In this document: one piece after another, positions 33,047-46,655 of the stretch | Position numbering within the stretch: position 1 is the first letter of the stretch | Layout: each line of letters begins with the position of its first letter | Source of the DNA: the human T2T-CHM13v2.0 reference genome, Homo sapiens | Assembly: GCF_009914755.1 (NCBI RefSeq) | Contig: NC_060925.1 | DNA length: 64,000 bases | Direction: 5' to 3' (one strand) | The notes under the pieces: model-generated | Databases searched by the model: none | Seen by the model: the letters and a program-made list of their open reading frames with translations, nothing else | What the model was told of the DNA's origin: nothing | Program-made: the position numbers and the translations under genes

Positions 33047-34100
33047 GCCTTCCTAGAGCACCTCTCCCTCTGAACGGGGAGGTTTGGGTTCACTTTGCTT
33101 TGCAGGCCCTGGGCCCCACTTAGCTCAGAGATGAGGGAGAGCCCTGCAGCCTTATCCTTCCTGCCGAGACGCAGGGGAAAGTCGGCCTCTGCATCAAAGC
33201 AATGAGAGAGCAATGCGCTATTTTTGTCTGTCTCTCTCCTCTCAGCCAAAGCTCTGGCTGATTTCCTGCCCAGGCACTAACGGGTCTCACCCTCCCTTCA
33301 GGTCTCTCCCTTCCCAGGGTTCACTAAAATGGGGAATCCAGGAAAAGGAAGCTGGGCTCTCCGGGTTTCTGTTTGTCTTTGGAAACCACTTACGGAGTCG
33401 GAATTGGGGCCCGCAAATGTGGACCCTTCAGGAATGACTCCCCCGCTCCAGTCGAGTTACCAAATGAGGCCAATTCATTCTTTGGAATGTAGCAGCCTGG
33501 GCAATGATGATTGATACTGACAGCAAAGCTTTCATGTAGCAATATCCCCGGCCACTGACTGTGAGGAGAAAAGAAAGAACTCTCTGGAATTCACAACATT
33601 CCCCCTCCAATTAATCCCCAGCCGCCCCGCTGTGTGTGAATGGGTTGTGCTAGGGATTCGTAGCTCTGATGCGGGGGATTTGCTGATTCCTTGAAGCCCC
33701 CTGAGGAGAGGTGATATGGAGAGCAAATAATCAGCATGCAGCGCTGGAGGGATGGAAAGAATTGGCTCGGCTGGGCCTGGCTTTACTATTTGTACACTTT
33801 TAGGGACCTCCGAAACTGGGTTTGCAGACAAAAACCTGTGGTTGAGGGGCCCTCAATCCCCGACCTATTGAGAGCCAGGATTGCGGCCGTATCTCCAACT
33901 TGCTTAAGATACGAGCCTTGCCTCAGAAAGAGGGGGCCAGACCGACTGTCCAAGATGAAGAGGTGACTGAGTCCCAATTCTCACCCAAGTGCAGGCAGGA
34001 ACGGCCTTCCCGGCCACCTCTACCTCGCCGCAGTCACAGGCTTACCCTAACCAATCAAGACTAGAGTTTGCATTACAGTGTATGCATTGGAGTGAATTGC
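32900..34100. promoter_or_regulatory. Candidate enhancer/promoter-like island (CpG-retaining, TEAD/NF-kB/PBX-MEIS motifs)
   Basis: Free of interspersed repeats, GC-rich, about 29 CpGs in ~1 kb by hand count; motif cluster described in findings. Confidence 0.55.
32999..33042. repeat. (CA)22 microsatellite
   Basis: Direct reading. Confidence 0.98.
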
Positions 34101-34286
34101 ATTTTTCAATGTAAGTCCTGCCTCTCAAAATGCTGTTTATTCCCCCCGACCCTGCCAGCTCCAGATCCACCTCTGTGAAGCCTTCTCTGCTGGTGAGAAT
34201 AAACTTTGGGTTCTCTGTGTTTTCAAAGCATCTGTGACGGTCAAACTCTTGTTCTGGTTTGTTGGGTGTGAATCTGCCTCACACTG

Positions 34287-35457
34287 TGAAACTGGAAAGG
34301 TTCCCTTGACCCCCTCACATGGTGTGCCACGGGGGTGTGGCTCGCTTCTCCAGTGCCCTGCTGCTCAAACCTCCAGGGAGGCATTGAGGCAGGCAGGCAT
34401 ACAGGGCTCCGACTCCAAGGCAGTGTCTAGGGGAGAATGTTTACGGCTCCTCAAGCCCCAGTGTGCATGTGTTACAGGGTGCTCTTTTAGTTTGTCTATA
34501 GGCGGCTTGTGTTAAACCAGCTCAAATAGACCCTCTACCTTGTCGCAGGGACAGAGGGCTTTCTGTATCCCGGGTTCTTGCTTTGGTGTACCAGAAGAAG
34601 CAGATCACACGTGGGGTTGGAGGATGGGTGCAAAGTTTTTTTTGTTTGTTTTTGTTTGTGTTTTTGTTTTGAGATAGAGTCTCGCTCTGTCGCCCAGGGT
34701 GGAGTGCAGTGGCGCTATCTTGGCTCACTGCAACCTCCACCTCCTGGGTTCAAGCAGTTCTCTGCCTCAGCCTCCCGAGTAGCTGGGATTACAAGCGCCC
34801 ACCACCACGCCCAGCTAATTTTTGTATTTTTAGTAGAGACGGGGTTTCACCATCTTGGCCAGGCTGGTCTTGAACTCCTGACCTCGTGATCCACTCGCCT
34901 CGGCCTCCCAAAGTGCTGGAATTACAGGCGTGAGCCACCGCGCCTGGCTGCAAAGTTTTATTGAATGGAAGTAGCTCTTCAGTGATGTGGAAGCCAGGAT
35001 GGAGATGGTTTTCCCCTGGAGTTGGCCTGCTCAGCAGCCCCCGCTCTCCTCTGACTGCCCCGCCCAAACTCTGCCTCATCCCGCCAGTCTATGGCCTGCC
35101 CACGTCCTGGCATCTGTCGGTGTGATCTTCCGCCGGCGTGCTCGCCTCGACGTCCGCTCAAAGTCCAGTTGCTGGTCTTCTTCCGCTGATGTGTTCCACT
35201 CGTAGTCCAGCAGCTAATGTCTTTACCTTTCCAGGGTCTCAGGTTTCTATAGGCCCAGGATGGGGGTGTGGCAGGTTAGGGGGGGTCTTTGAAAACGCAA
35301 CATTTGCGTGCGTGTGAAGGCAGAAGTGCCTGTCCTCACCTGGGTCCGTAGGGGTAGACCCCTAGCCAGGGACCACGCCCTTCTCTCAGGCACTTCCCTT
35401 ATCCCTTCTGCATCATTTAAAGGAACTAGCTCTTCCCTTCCGGGCACTCCTGTATCA
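34287..35457 (-). mobile_element. MER50-family ERV1 solo LTR with AluS insertion (34636-34948)
   Basis: TGAAACTGGAAAGGTTCCCTTG and TGTATCA termini; minus-strand TATA-like CCTATAGAAA (~35245) and AATAAA (34957-34962); Alu TSD TGCAAAGTTTT. Confidence 0.85.
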
Positions 35458-35489
35458 ATAGCGCCGTGGACAGTGCCTGGTTAAAAACG

Positions 35490-35720
35490 AACAACTAATG
35501 TATATTGAGCACTTACTATGTGGCAGGCATTGAACTTTTATATTCATTACCACAATCTTCACAGCAATCTCTGGAATAGGTACTATTATCAGCTTTATTT
35601 GTTCAGAGAGGAAAGAGGCGTAGGAACCATCGTAGGGTCACCAAGTGGAAGCAGTAACTTGTAGGTAGGGAGAGTCAGATTCGAACAAGGCTCTCTCATC
35701 ACAATCTCTGGTTCCCACAA
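35490..35720 (-). mobile_element. MIR
   Basis: TATTGAGCACTTACTATGTGGCAGGCA...GGTACTATTATC. Confidence 0.8.
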
Positions 35721-36466
35721 CCTTTGCCTTCCTGTAGGCTTCTCATTACTCCTCACTGGGAATGTCTGCCGCAGTGCTTCCTACTGCCAAGCGTGCACAC
35801 CCTCAATTCCCCTCCCCTGCTCAATGCAGCCTGGGAGTCTGGAGACCCCCCAAAAGGTCACTCTCCTGCTTAAAACCCTTTTAAGGTTCTTCCCCATAGC
35901 ACTTAGAAGAAAATTCAACCTCCTTAGCTTAGCATACAAGCCCCTTTATGATCAGACACCTGGAAATAAATAAAGATCGAGACGATAATCCTAATAACCT
36001 TTGGGAGAACTTTGGTGAACAGGCTGTGTAGCCCCTGGGCCTGGCTCCCTGAGGGCAGTTTCCATTCAAACTCTTCTCCCATCTGGCCACTCCTGACAGT
36101 TGCCACTACTTACTTGCTTTCTTGGGTTTCTCTTCCTTCATTCAGGAAAAAGGTGTTAGAAGTAGATTTTACTTCTGGTTCCACTATAGCTGAAAGGAGT
36201 TCAAGATGAATACTTGATTTTTAAAGTTTTTTTTTTTTTTTTTTTTTTTTTTTGCCTATTGTTGCCAGGAACCACAGGGCACTAGGCAAATACTATGAGA
36301 ATGTTCTTAACTATTAAATGCTCAGTGTCAACCAATCTGCATTTTCATACATTGCACTCCAAGAAATTAACTTTTGCACACTAAATTTGAGCATTCATCA
36401 ATCAGCTGACAAATGAAACATCAGGCTCTCCCACGGGGCACTGCCTGCCAGCCACTGTGCAGTTTT

Positions 36467-36487
36467 AGCAGCAGCAGCAGCAGCAGC
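36467..36487. repeat. (AGC)7 triplet
   Basis: Direct reading. Confidence 0.95.
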
Positions 36488-36584
36488 TTTGTTTTCTCAG
36501 CAGCATTAGTACAATTAGTTAAGCATTTCATTATGGGGTGTCCCTATTTTATAAAAACACATGTACAAGCAATTTCACTTTTCA

Positions 36585-38345
36585 TTCAACAGTCCATCAA
36601 TTAATATTTATCGACTCACTTTTATATGTGGACAGGGGATCTGTGGTGGACAGTCAAGGTCCTTGGTAATGTCACAAGGTCTTGTGGCTATGCCCGGATG
36701 GCTGAGAAAGACAATGGACAAACAAATAAATATGGTCAGCATCATCAGAAAATCAAACTGGTTGAAATGATAGAGGAGTGAGTGGGCCTGCTTTAGAACA
36801 GTCAGAGGAAGGGCTTTCTAAGCAGTGACTTGACCTGTACAAGAAGGATCCATCCAATGGAAATAATTGGAAGTATAGCATTCCAAACAAAAGGCAAGGG
36901 CCTGAGGTGGGGAGAAGCCTGGTTTCTTTGGAGACAGTAAGAAGGCTGGTGGGACTCAAGGATTTGAGTGAGCAGGAGATGGAGTGGGAGATTAGGTGGG
37001 AGATATGAGCAAATAGATCATTAGGGTCCTGTAGGGCAATGGCTTTCAACTCTTTTAATGTGGCCCCAGAGTAAGAAATGTATTTTCCATCACAGTCCAG
37101 CACACACACGTATCTGAGAGAAAAACTTCATGAAATAACACTTTTTTTTTTTTTAGATGGGTCTCACTCTGTCACCCAGACTGGAGTGTAGTGGCCCAAT
37201 AACAGCTCACTGCAGCCTCAGCCTCTGGGGCTGATCCTCCCACCTCAGCCCCCTTCCCCTGCCAGTGGCTGGGACTACAGGCCCACACCACTACACCTGG
37301 CTCATTTTGTATTTTTTGTAGACACTGGGTTTCAACATTTTGCCCAGGCTGGTTCGAACTCCTATGCTCAAGCCATCTGCCTCAGCCTCCCAAAGTGCTG
37401 GGATTACATGCGTGAGCCACCATGCCTGGCCCTTATAAAATAATACTTATCTTTATGACACATGGTAACTTTGATATTTCTGTCTTATTTTATTTTAAAA
37501 TGCTGATCTTTACCTAGTACATTGGTTTCACAATCTAGTAAATGGTTTGGTTTGAAAAACTCTGTCCTAGACCATAGTGAGGGGCTTGGATTCTATTCTT
37601 GGTGTAATTGGAAACCCTTGGAAAGTTGTAAGCAGGGGAGTAACATGGTCTGATTTACATTTTAATTTTTTTTTTTGGCAAGGTCTTGGTCTGTCACCCA
37701 GGCTGGAGTGCGGTGGCACAACCACAGCTCACACTATCCTCAGCCTTCTGAGTAGCTGGGACTACAGGTGGTGCCTGCCACCATGCCTAGCTAATTTTTT
37801 ACTTTTTGTAGAGATAGGGTTTTGCCATGTTTCCCAGACTGATCTCAAACTTCTGGGCTCCAGAGATTCTCCCGCTTTGGCCTCCCAAAGTGCTGGGATT
37901 ACAGGCGTGAGCTGCTGCACCCGGCCTACATTTTTAAAAATTTGCTTTGACTGCTGTCTGGAGAGCAGACTGTATGGGGGTGGGCAAGAGCAGCAGGGAT
38001 ACCAGTTAGGAAGCTGCTGATTTTCATCCAGGGAGAAATGATGGTGGTTTGGACTAGAGCAGTAGCAGAGGAGACTGAGAGAAGCGGAGGAATACTATGA
38101 ATTTGAGAGATAAAGCCAACATTGGATATGGGGTGAAAGAAGAGCGAAGAGGCAAGGATGACTCCAAGGGCTTTTTGTTTGTTTTAAGCAATGTGTGGTG
38201 TAGTCATTTGCTGAGATGCAAAACTGAGGATGATCAAATTTAGGGGAATAGGAACATTGTTTTGGGCATTTTAAGTTTGGGATACCTATACCTACTATAT
38301 ATACACTCAATCATCTGAGTGTACATCATGGAGATGTCAGGTACT
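36585..38345 (-). mobile_element. L2 element interrupted by MER112 (~37037-37564) and two AluJ (37142-37431, 37666-37927)
   Basis: L2 motifs (CAAGGGCCTGAGGTGGG, TAAGCAGGGGAGTAACATGGTCTGATTTA); MER112 GTAAGAAATGTATTTT...TTTGAAAAACTCTG. Confidence 0.8.
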
Positions 38346-38433
38346 TACCCAGCAAGGGAGTTTTGGTGAAAGATCGGGATTGACGGTAAAGCTATAAGAG
38401 GCAGTACAGCATAGAAATTATTTAAAGACATAG

Positions 38434-39944
<1,511 letters not shown>

Positions 39945-40689
39945 GCCATGCTCTTATTCCCTCACACCTATGTTAGCTGTTCTAACTAACTTTTTTCCTA
40001 AGGTTGGAACATATCTCTCTTCCACCTTCCTTCGTAAGGAGCCTCCACCATTGGTCTGCTATTTCTCCCCAACTTTCAGTCAGGTATGTGTTCAGAATGC
40101 CTTATTTGTGTAAACCATTCCAAGAAACAGAAAATTCTTGACTGTCACCTTTTTCCTTCATTCTTTTCTTTCTTGCTTGCTGCCCTTCTTCCCTTCCTCC
40201 TTCCCTTCTTTCCTCCATTCCTTCCTTCCTTCCTTTTTTCATTTCCTCAAGGGCAGTGTTTTTCAAATGTTAAATGAAATCTTCAGTTAAAGTCCCAAAC
40301 CAGATAAACAAAGGAATAAATGGTACCCTTTTCCCCTTTTGTAGGGACCCTAGAAGGGTCTTCATGGAATCCTTGGGCTCCACAAATCACAGTGTAAGGA
40401 CTAATGGTGAAGTAGATTCATTTCCTTTTTAAGGAGACTTTAGGCAAGAACAGTCTCTAATCTCTATGAGCCAGATGTTTACCCAGAGAAGGTAAATTAA
40501 GATTATTCTCTGTGACAGCATCACTGCTAGGATTTCACCCTGGAGGAATAGTGGAGACCCAGAAAGCTTACTTACATTGCCTCTTTAAAGAGAATCATAC
40601 TTCATCAGTTGATCAGCAAATATTATGCAGTGTACCTAATAATTGAAATAATTTAATAAAAATACATGGATGTGATTTTTTTTTAAAAA

Positions 40690-40960
40690 GGAAAATATAA
40701 TGGAGTTTAAATAATGCTCACTTTGGAATAAGAAAACTTGGGGTCAGTCTCAGTTCTGTCTCTTACCAGCTGAAAGCCTGGCATAAGAGTAAGTAGTGTG
40801 ACTTCTCTGAGCCTCAGATTCTTTATCTATTAGTTAGACATAAAACAATCCTCATAGGTTTATGGTGAAGACTAAATAGGCATAACATGCAGAGCACCTA
40901 GTACTTGGCAGTATTGGTCATGCTGTAGGCTCTTAACATAAGACAAATGGTTATTATGAT
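40690..40960 (+). mobile_element. MIR
   Basis: CTTCTCTGAGCCTCAGATTCTTTATCT core. Confidence 0.75.
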
Positions 40961-41409
40961 TACACATTTGCCTACTTTTGGAGACAAAGATGAAAGCCTG
41001 GGTCGGATATGGCCTCCAGCCCTGCAAATGCTGATGAGAGGTCTAGCTGTTATTGAAATGGAGCATGACGAGTCTTTAAAGGCTAAGTGAAATGGATTTT
41101 GTAATGTTTGGTCATAGTTTGGATAGCTTCTCAGAAATTCAAGTCTCTTATATACCTAAGGAAATATAAAAGCCAAAAAAATTTTGGCACCTGGCCTAAC
41201 AGCCTAGATTCTTTTGGGTCAATATCACTTGTCCTCATTGTTCTTATTTAATAGAGGTTAGGTCATGACCACAGCTCTTTTCTACATTACTTCATCAGTG
41301 GGACTCCTCCCTGAGTTTGCAAAGCACAAAACACAAAGGATAAACATAACCAAGCACCATATTCATGCTAAAGGGTCTGCATAATTGAAATTGAAATTCA
41401 CCCTCTGCA

Positions 41410-42610
41410 TTCTTTTGTTCACTCAATTAATGTTTACTGAGCTTTGGGTACTGGAAATATACATACACAGATGCTGTATCGTGACGGTGGTGAGACCTAC
41501 AGATCTCTGCCCTCATGAGGGGTCTGACAATAGATAAATATATTAGATAATTACAAGTTATGATTGTGTGATAAAGAAAGTAGGCATGATGCTGTGATAA
41601 AGGCTAACAGGGGAACATGTTTAAGGAAGGCTTCTCATAAGAGAAGATGTTCAAGATGAGACCAAAGAGCCAGCCAAGTGAAGGGTCAATCAATGGAGGA
41701 GCTCTCCAAGAAGAGTCATGGCAAGAGTTCTGAGATGGGGAAGAGCAGGGAAAGTCTGCAGTACTTCTGGAAAGCCCGTATGACTAGAGTATAATGAAGG
41801 AAAGAAGGAAAGACAAAGGCAGGAGCCCATTCAGTGGGCCTTTGGAACCATGACAAGGTTTTCAAACATTTTCTAAGCCCATGGGAAGCTATTAAGGGCT
41901 TTAAAGTAGGGGAGTGACACAAGCTGATTCACATTTTCAAAAAAATCACTGTGGAGAAGACTGGTGGGAGAGGACTGAGAGTGGGTACAGTGGGGCAGCT
42001 ATGAGGAGCCACAGATGAAAGTGAATGGTGACTTGGAACTGAGAGGACTAGAGAGATGCAGGATATATTTTGGAAGCAGAGCCAATAGGACTTGCTGGTA
42101 AGTTACAGGAAGTGAGAGAAGGGAGAGAATTCTGGTTTCTGGCTTTAGTAACTGTACCAGTGGTTATCATTGTCAGGGAAAGAAAGACTGTGATATGATC
42201 AGTTTAGGAACGGAATGAGGGGGAATCAATCGTTCCACTTTGGAAATGTTAAGTTTGCAACGTCCGTGAGACAGCTGAACAGATATGCCAAGAAGCCATT
42301 TGGATATAGAAGAAAGTCCAGAACTCAGAGAAGTGGGCTAAGCTGGAGGCAGAAGTTTGAGAGTCTTCAGAAAATAGTTTGTATTTGAATCCAAGGGGAT
42401 GGATAAAATCATATGGGGAAAGAAGAAAAAGGGTGCAGGACTCACCCCTGGGGACTCCAAAATTAAGATGATTGTAGAGAAAAAGGAACTAGCACAGGAA
42501 ACCAAAAAGCCATGGCTGTGAGGTAGGAGAGGGAAAATGATGACTACAGGGGAAAAATATATATATTATAGGAATGAAGGAGAAATCAGCTGTGCCAAAG
42601 GCTGCTGATA
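41410..42610 (-). mobile_element. L2 element (~1.2 kb)
   Basis: CACTCAATTAATGTTTACTGAG end; GGGAAGCTATTAAGGGCTTTAAAGTAGGGGAGTGACA; TTTGGAAATGTTAAGTTTG. Confidence 0.8.
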
Positions 42611-42659
42611 ATTCATTTGTAACCCCCAAACCTCTTTATATGAGAGTCAACAACATCCA

Positions 42660-43070
42660 TGGGCGAGGTTGATTTTGGCCACATCTCCTAGTGTCACATC
42701 TATAAATATCTGATGGATAATTTATTAACATTTCTGAGTGTTAGTTTTCTCATTTGAAAAATAGGGACAATGCATGCACTTCCTAGGCTTTTGTAAACAT
42801 TCAATAAGAAAATTTATATAAACTATTCCCAGAATACTAGGCATATAATGCTCAATAAATGGCAGCCATTATTATGAAAAAGCATTATGTTTGGAAACCA
42901 GAGTGCCCACATTCTAGTGAACATCTTATAATTAACAGTAATTTCCTTGGGTAAACAGTTGTTTGAATTTTAATTTTCCCATCAGGAAAATGGGGACAAT
43001 AATTTCTGTCTTGCCATCTTTTCTCGTAGGGCTGTCTGATGGATTAAATAGTGTCGTGAATGTGAAAGAG
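42660..43070 (+). mobile_element. Two MIR fragments
   Basis: TTTTCTCATTTGAAAAATAGGGACAA; GCTCAATAAATGGCAGCCATTATT. Confidence 0.65.
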
Positions 43071-43107
43071 CTCTATACGCCATTCAGTGCAAAGAAGATA
43101 TGAAGAA

Positions 43108-43415
43108 TTTCTTTTCTTTCCTTTTTTTTTTTTTTTGAGACAATATCTCGCTCTGTCACCCAGGCTGGAGTGTGGTGGCCTGATCACAGCTCATTGCAAC
43201 CTCTGCCTCCTGGACTCAAGTGATCCTCCCACCTCAGCCTCCTGAGTAGCTGGGACTATGGTTGTGCACCACCACACTCGGCTAATTTTTATATGTTTAG
43301 TAGAGACTGGGTTTCTCCATGTTGACCGGGCTGGTCTCAAACTCCTGGGCTCAAGAGATCTGCCTGCCTTGGCCTCCCAAAATACTGGGATTACAGGCAT
43401 GAGCCACCTCTCCTT
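43108..43415 (-). mobile_element. AluJ
   Basis: TSD ATATGAAGAATTTC. Confidence 0.95.
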
Positions 43416-44149
43416 GCTCCATATGAAGAATTTCTAATTGTCCAATAGAATTTTTATTTGTCTAGCTTTCAAATCAGTTGAATATGTATACTTCAGGAGA
43501 TCAGTGAATAGGTTTGAGGGAGGCAATAGCAATACTCTGAGAAATAAAGCTTTTTACATGGTCCAAACTTACCAGGTTTAGGGTACAGCTCTGCAGCACT
43601 GTTTCCCTTATGTTCTTTTGGAGGGTTCCACAAGAGTCAAGATACTAACGCGAGGAGAAGCAACTGGTTCCTAGGACATGAGCTATCTTCCTAGGGTACT
43701 TAATGCATTGTAGATGCTCAAGACTTAGCCTTTGATGGATTGAAAATATGTGGCCAGCATGATCCAGAGGAAACGGGGTGTTTCTCTGCCTAGTTGTGAC
43801 TGTGTCTCCTCAGCTCTTCTTGACTCCTCTGGAAGAGGCAGGTAGAACGGGAAAAGGGAAGTAGGAAAAATGAAAAGAGGAGGGAAATAGAATGATACCT
43901 GGGGGTGGAAGGAGAGAAATTCTTAGAATTGGGAAGAGGAAACACTGTCATTACATTAAGTTTGCTGGCATGAAGGATGCTGGAGTGAAGGGATGCTGAA
44001 GTGCTCCTGGACCCATCACAAAATGTTTGCAGATGAAGAAGCTAAAGTTAGAGAGGGGAAATGACGAATTCAGGGTTACTTATAAAGGCTGATACTTTAG
44101 CAATCATTGGTGGTTTTCTATGGTATTTTAAGCAACAACAAAAAAAAAA

Positions 44150-44925
44150 CCTTGATGTTATTCTTAACATGTCTTCCTCTGTCTCTAATGCCCAAATTAA
44201 ATCCATAAGCAAATTCTGTTGAGCCTATTTGAAAATATATCCCGAACCCAGCTATTCCTCTTTTCCTCCACCATTATCTTCATCCTAGTCAAGTCACCCT
44301 CTCCTCTCCCCTGAATTAGGAAATGATCTTGAGCTTTTCCCATGTCCTGGGTATGGTCTCTTCACACAGCAGCCAAAATGATCCTTTAAACACTTAAGAT
44401 CATGTTACCTCTCTGCCCAACATACCCACTGACTTCCCACCTCACTCAGAGTAAAATTCAAAGAGCTGTCTGCCACCTATGAAGCCCTGGATAAACCTGC
44501 CTCCCACTGCATCTCTCCTTTCGCTATATCCTGATATTCCTTTGACAAATGCAGCACGCTCCTACCTCAGGGCCTTTGTAGTTGGTGCTTCCCTCTGCCC
44601 GAAACATTCTTCCCTCAGATATTTGCATGGCTCAATTCTCACTCAGACTTCAGGTCTGCTCAAGGGTCAGCTTATCAGACCACTTTCTTGATTGTCTTCT
44701 GTAAATTAGCACACACATTCCACACTCCTGTCCTCTACTCCACTTCTTTTTCCTTCTGGCATTTGTCCCCGTTGTACATATTTAGTATTATCTGTCTCCA
44801 TTCACTAGAATATAAATTCTATGAGGGCAGAGATTTGCCTGTTTTCTTTTCTATCCATTATTTCTCCTATCTGGCATATATTAGGCCCTGAAAAACGTTT
44901 GTTCAATCAGTGAATAAATGAACTG
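44150..44925 (+). mobile_element. L2a-like 3' region
   Basis: CACAGCAGCCAAAATGATCCTTTAAA, CCTCAGGGCCTTTG, GAATAAATGAA end. Confidence 0.8.
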
Positions 44926-45282
44926 AAGCCCAATGTCTCAGAGCAAAGGAATAAAGCACTGGGAATTCCAAAAAGATGTGGAGTTAATTCTTAATTCTGT
45001 TATTTGCCAGCTGTCTTTTAGCCACATTATCAGCCTCCATTTCTCCAGCCTGTTACATGGAGATAATACCCAACTACATTTCTTATTAAAGGAAGCGTGG
45101 AATTTAACTGCAATCAGGGCAAGATGATTAACATTTATTGAGCACTGTCTTTGGGTTGGACCCTTTACATAATATCATTCTCAAAAATCCTCTTGTAAGA
45201 CAGGTGTCAAATTCCCCACTTAACAAAGACTAGTCTGAAATTCAGAGTTAAATTAACAAAACAGTAAGTGTTGGAGTTAGGA

Positions 45283-45601
45283 TTTTCTTTTCTTTCTTTC
45301 TTTTTTTTTTTTTTTTTTTGAGATGGAGTCTTGCTCTGTTGCCCAGGCTGGAGTCCAGTGGCGGGATCTCAGCTCACTACAAGCTCCGCCTCCCGTGTTC
45401 ACGCCATTCTCCTGCCTCAGCCTCCAGAGTAGCTGGGACTACAGGCACCCACCACTACGCCCGGCTAATTTTTTGTATTTTTTAGTAGAGACGGGGTTTC
45501 ACCGTGTTAGCCAGGATGGTCTCGATCTCCTGACCTCATGATCTGCCTGCCTCCGCCTCCCAAAGTGCTGGGATTACAGGCATGAGCCACTGTGCCCGGC
45601 C
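45283..45601 (-). mobile_element. AluY inserted in a MIR
   Basis: AluY diagnostics; TSD GGAGTTAGGATTTT. Confidence 0.95.
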
Positions 45602-45806
45602 GGAGTTAGGATTTTCATCCAGTGCTCTGTGGCCCTTAAATTCATGTCCAACCTTGGAGAGCTAAGCACGCAGGAAAACAAAAAAAAAGAAAAAATGACT
45701 TTCTTTTTACCATGGGATGCTTTCAACTGTTATTTGAACTGTTATTTTCAGGTCAGCATCAAGAGCCAAATGTGAAAGTCAATGCCACATATTGAGTTGC
45801 TGTCAT

Positions 45807-46655
<849 letters not shown>

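Noticed and set aside
33050-34050. CpG-island gene promoter
   Set aside because: Hand-estimated CpG observed/expected is about 0.4, below island thresholds, and there is no linked exon or ORF; reported only as a candidate enhancer.
38341-38360. GTACTTACCCAGCAAGGGAG resembles the U1 snRNA 5' end (16/20)
   Set aside because: Similarity stops after 20 nt and there is no TSD; too short to call a pseudogene.
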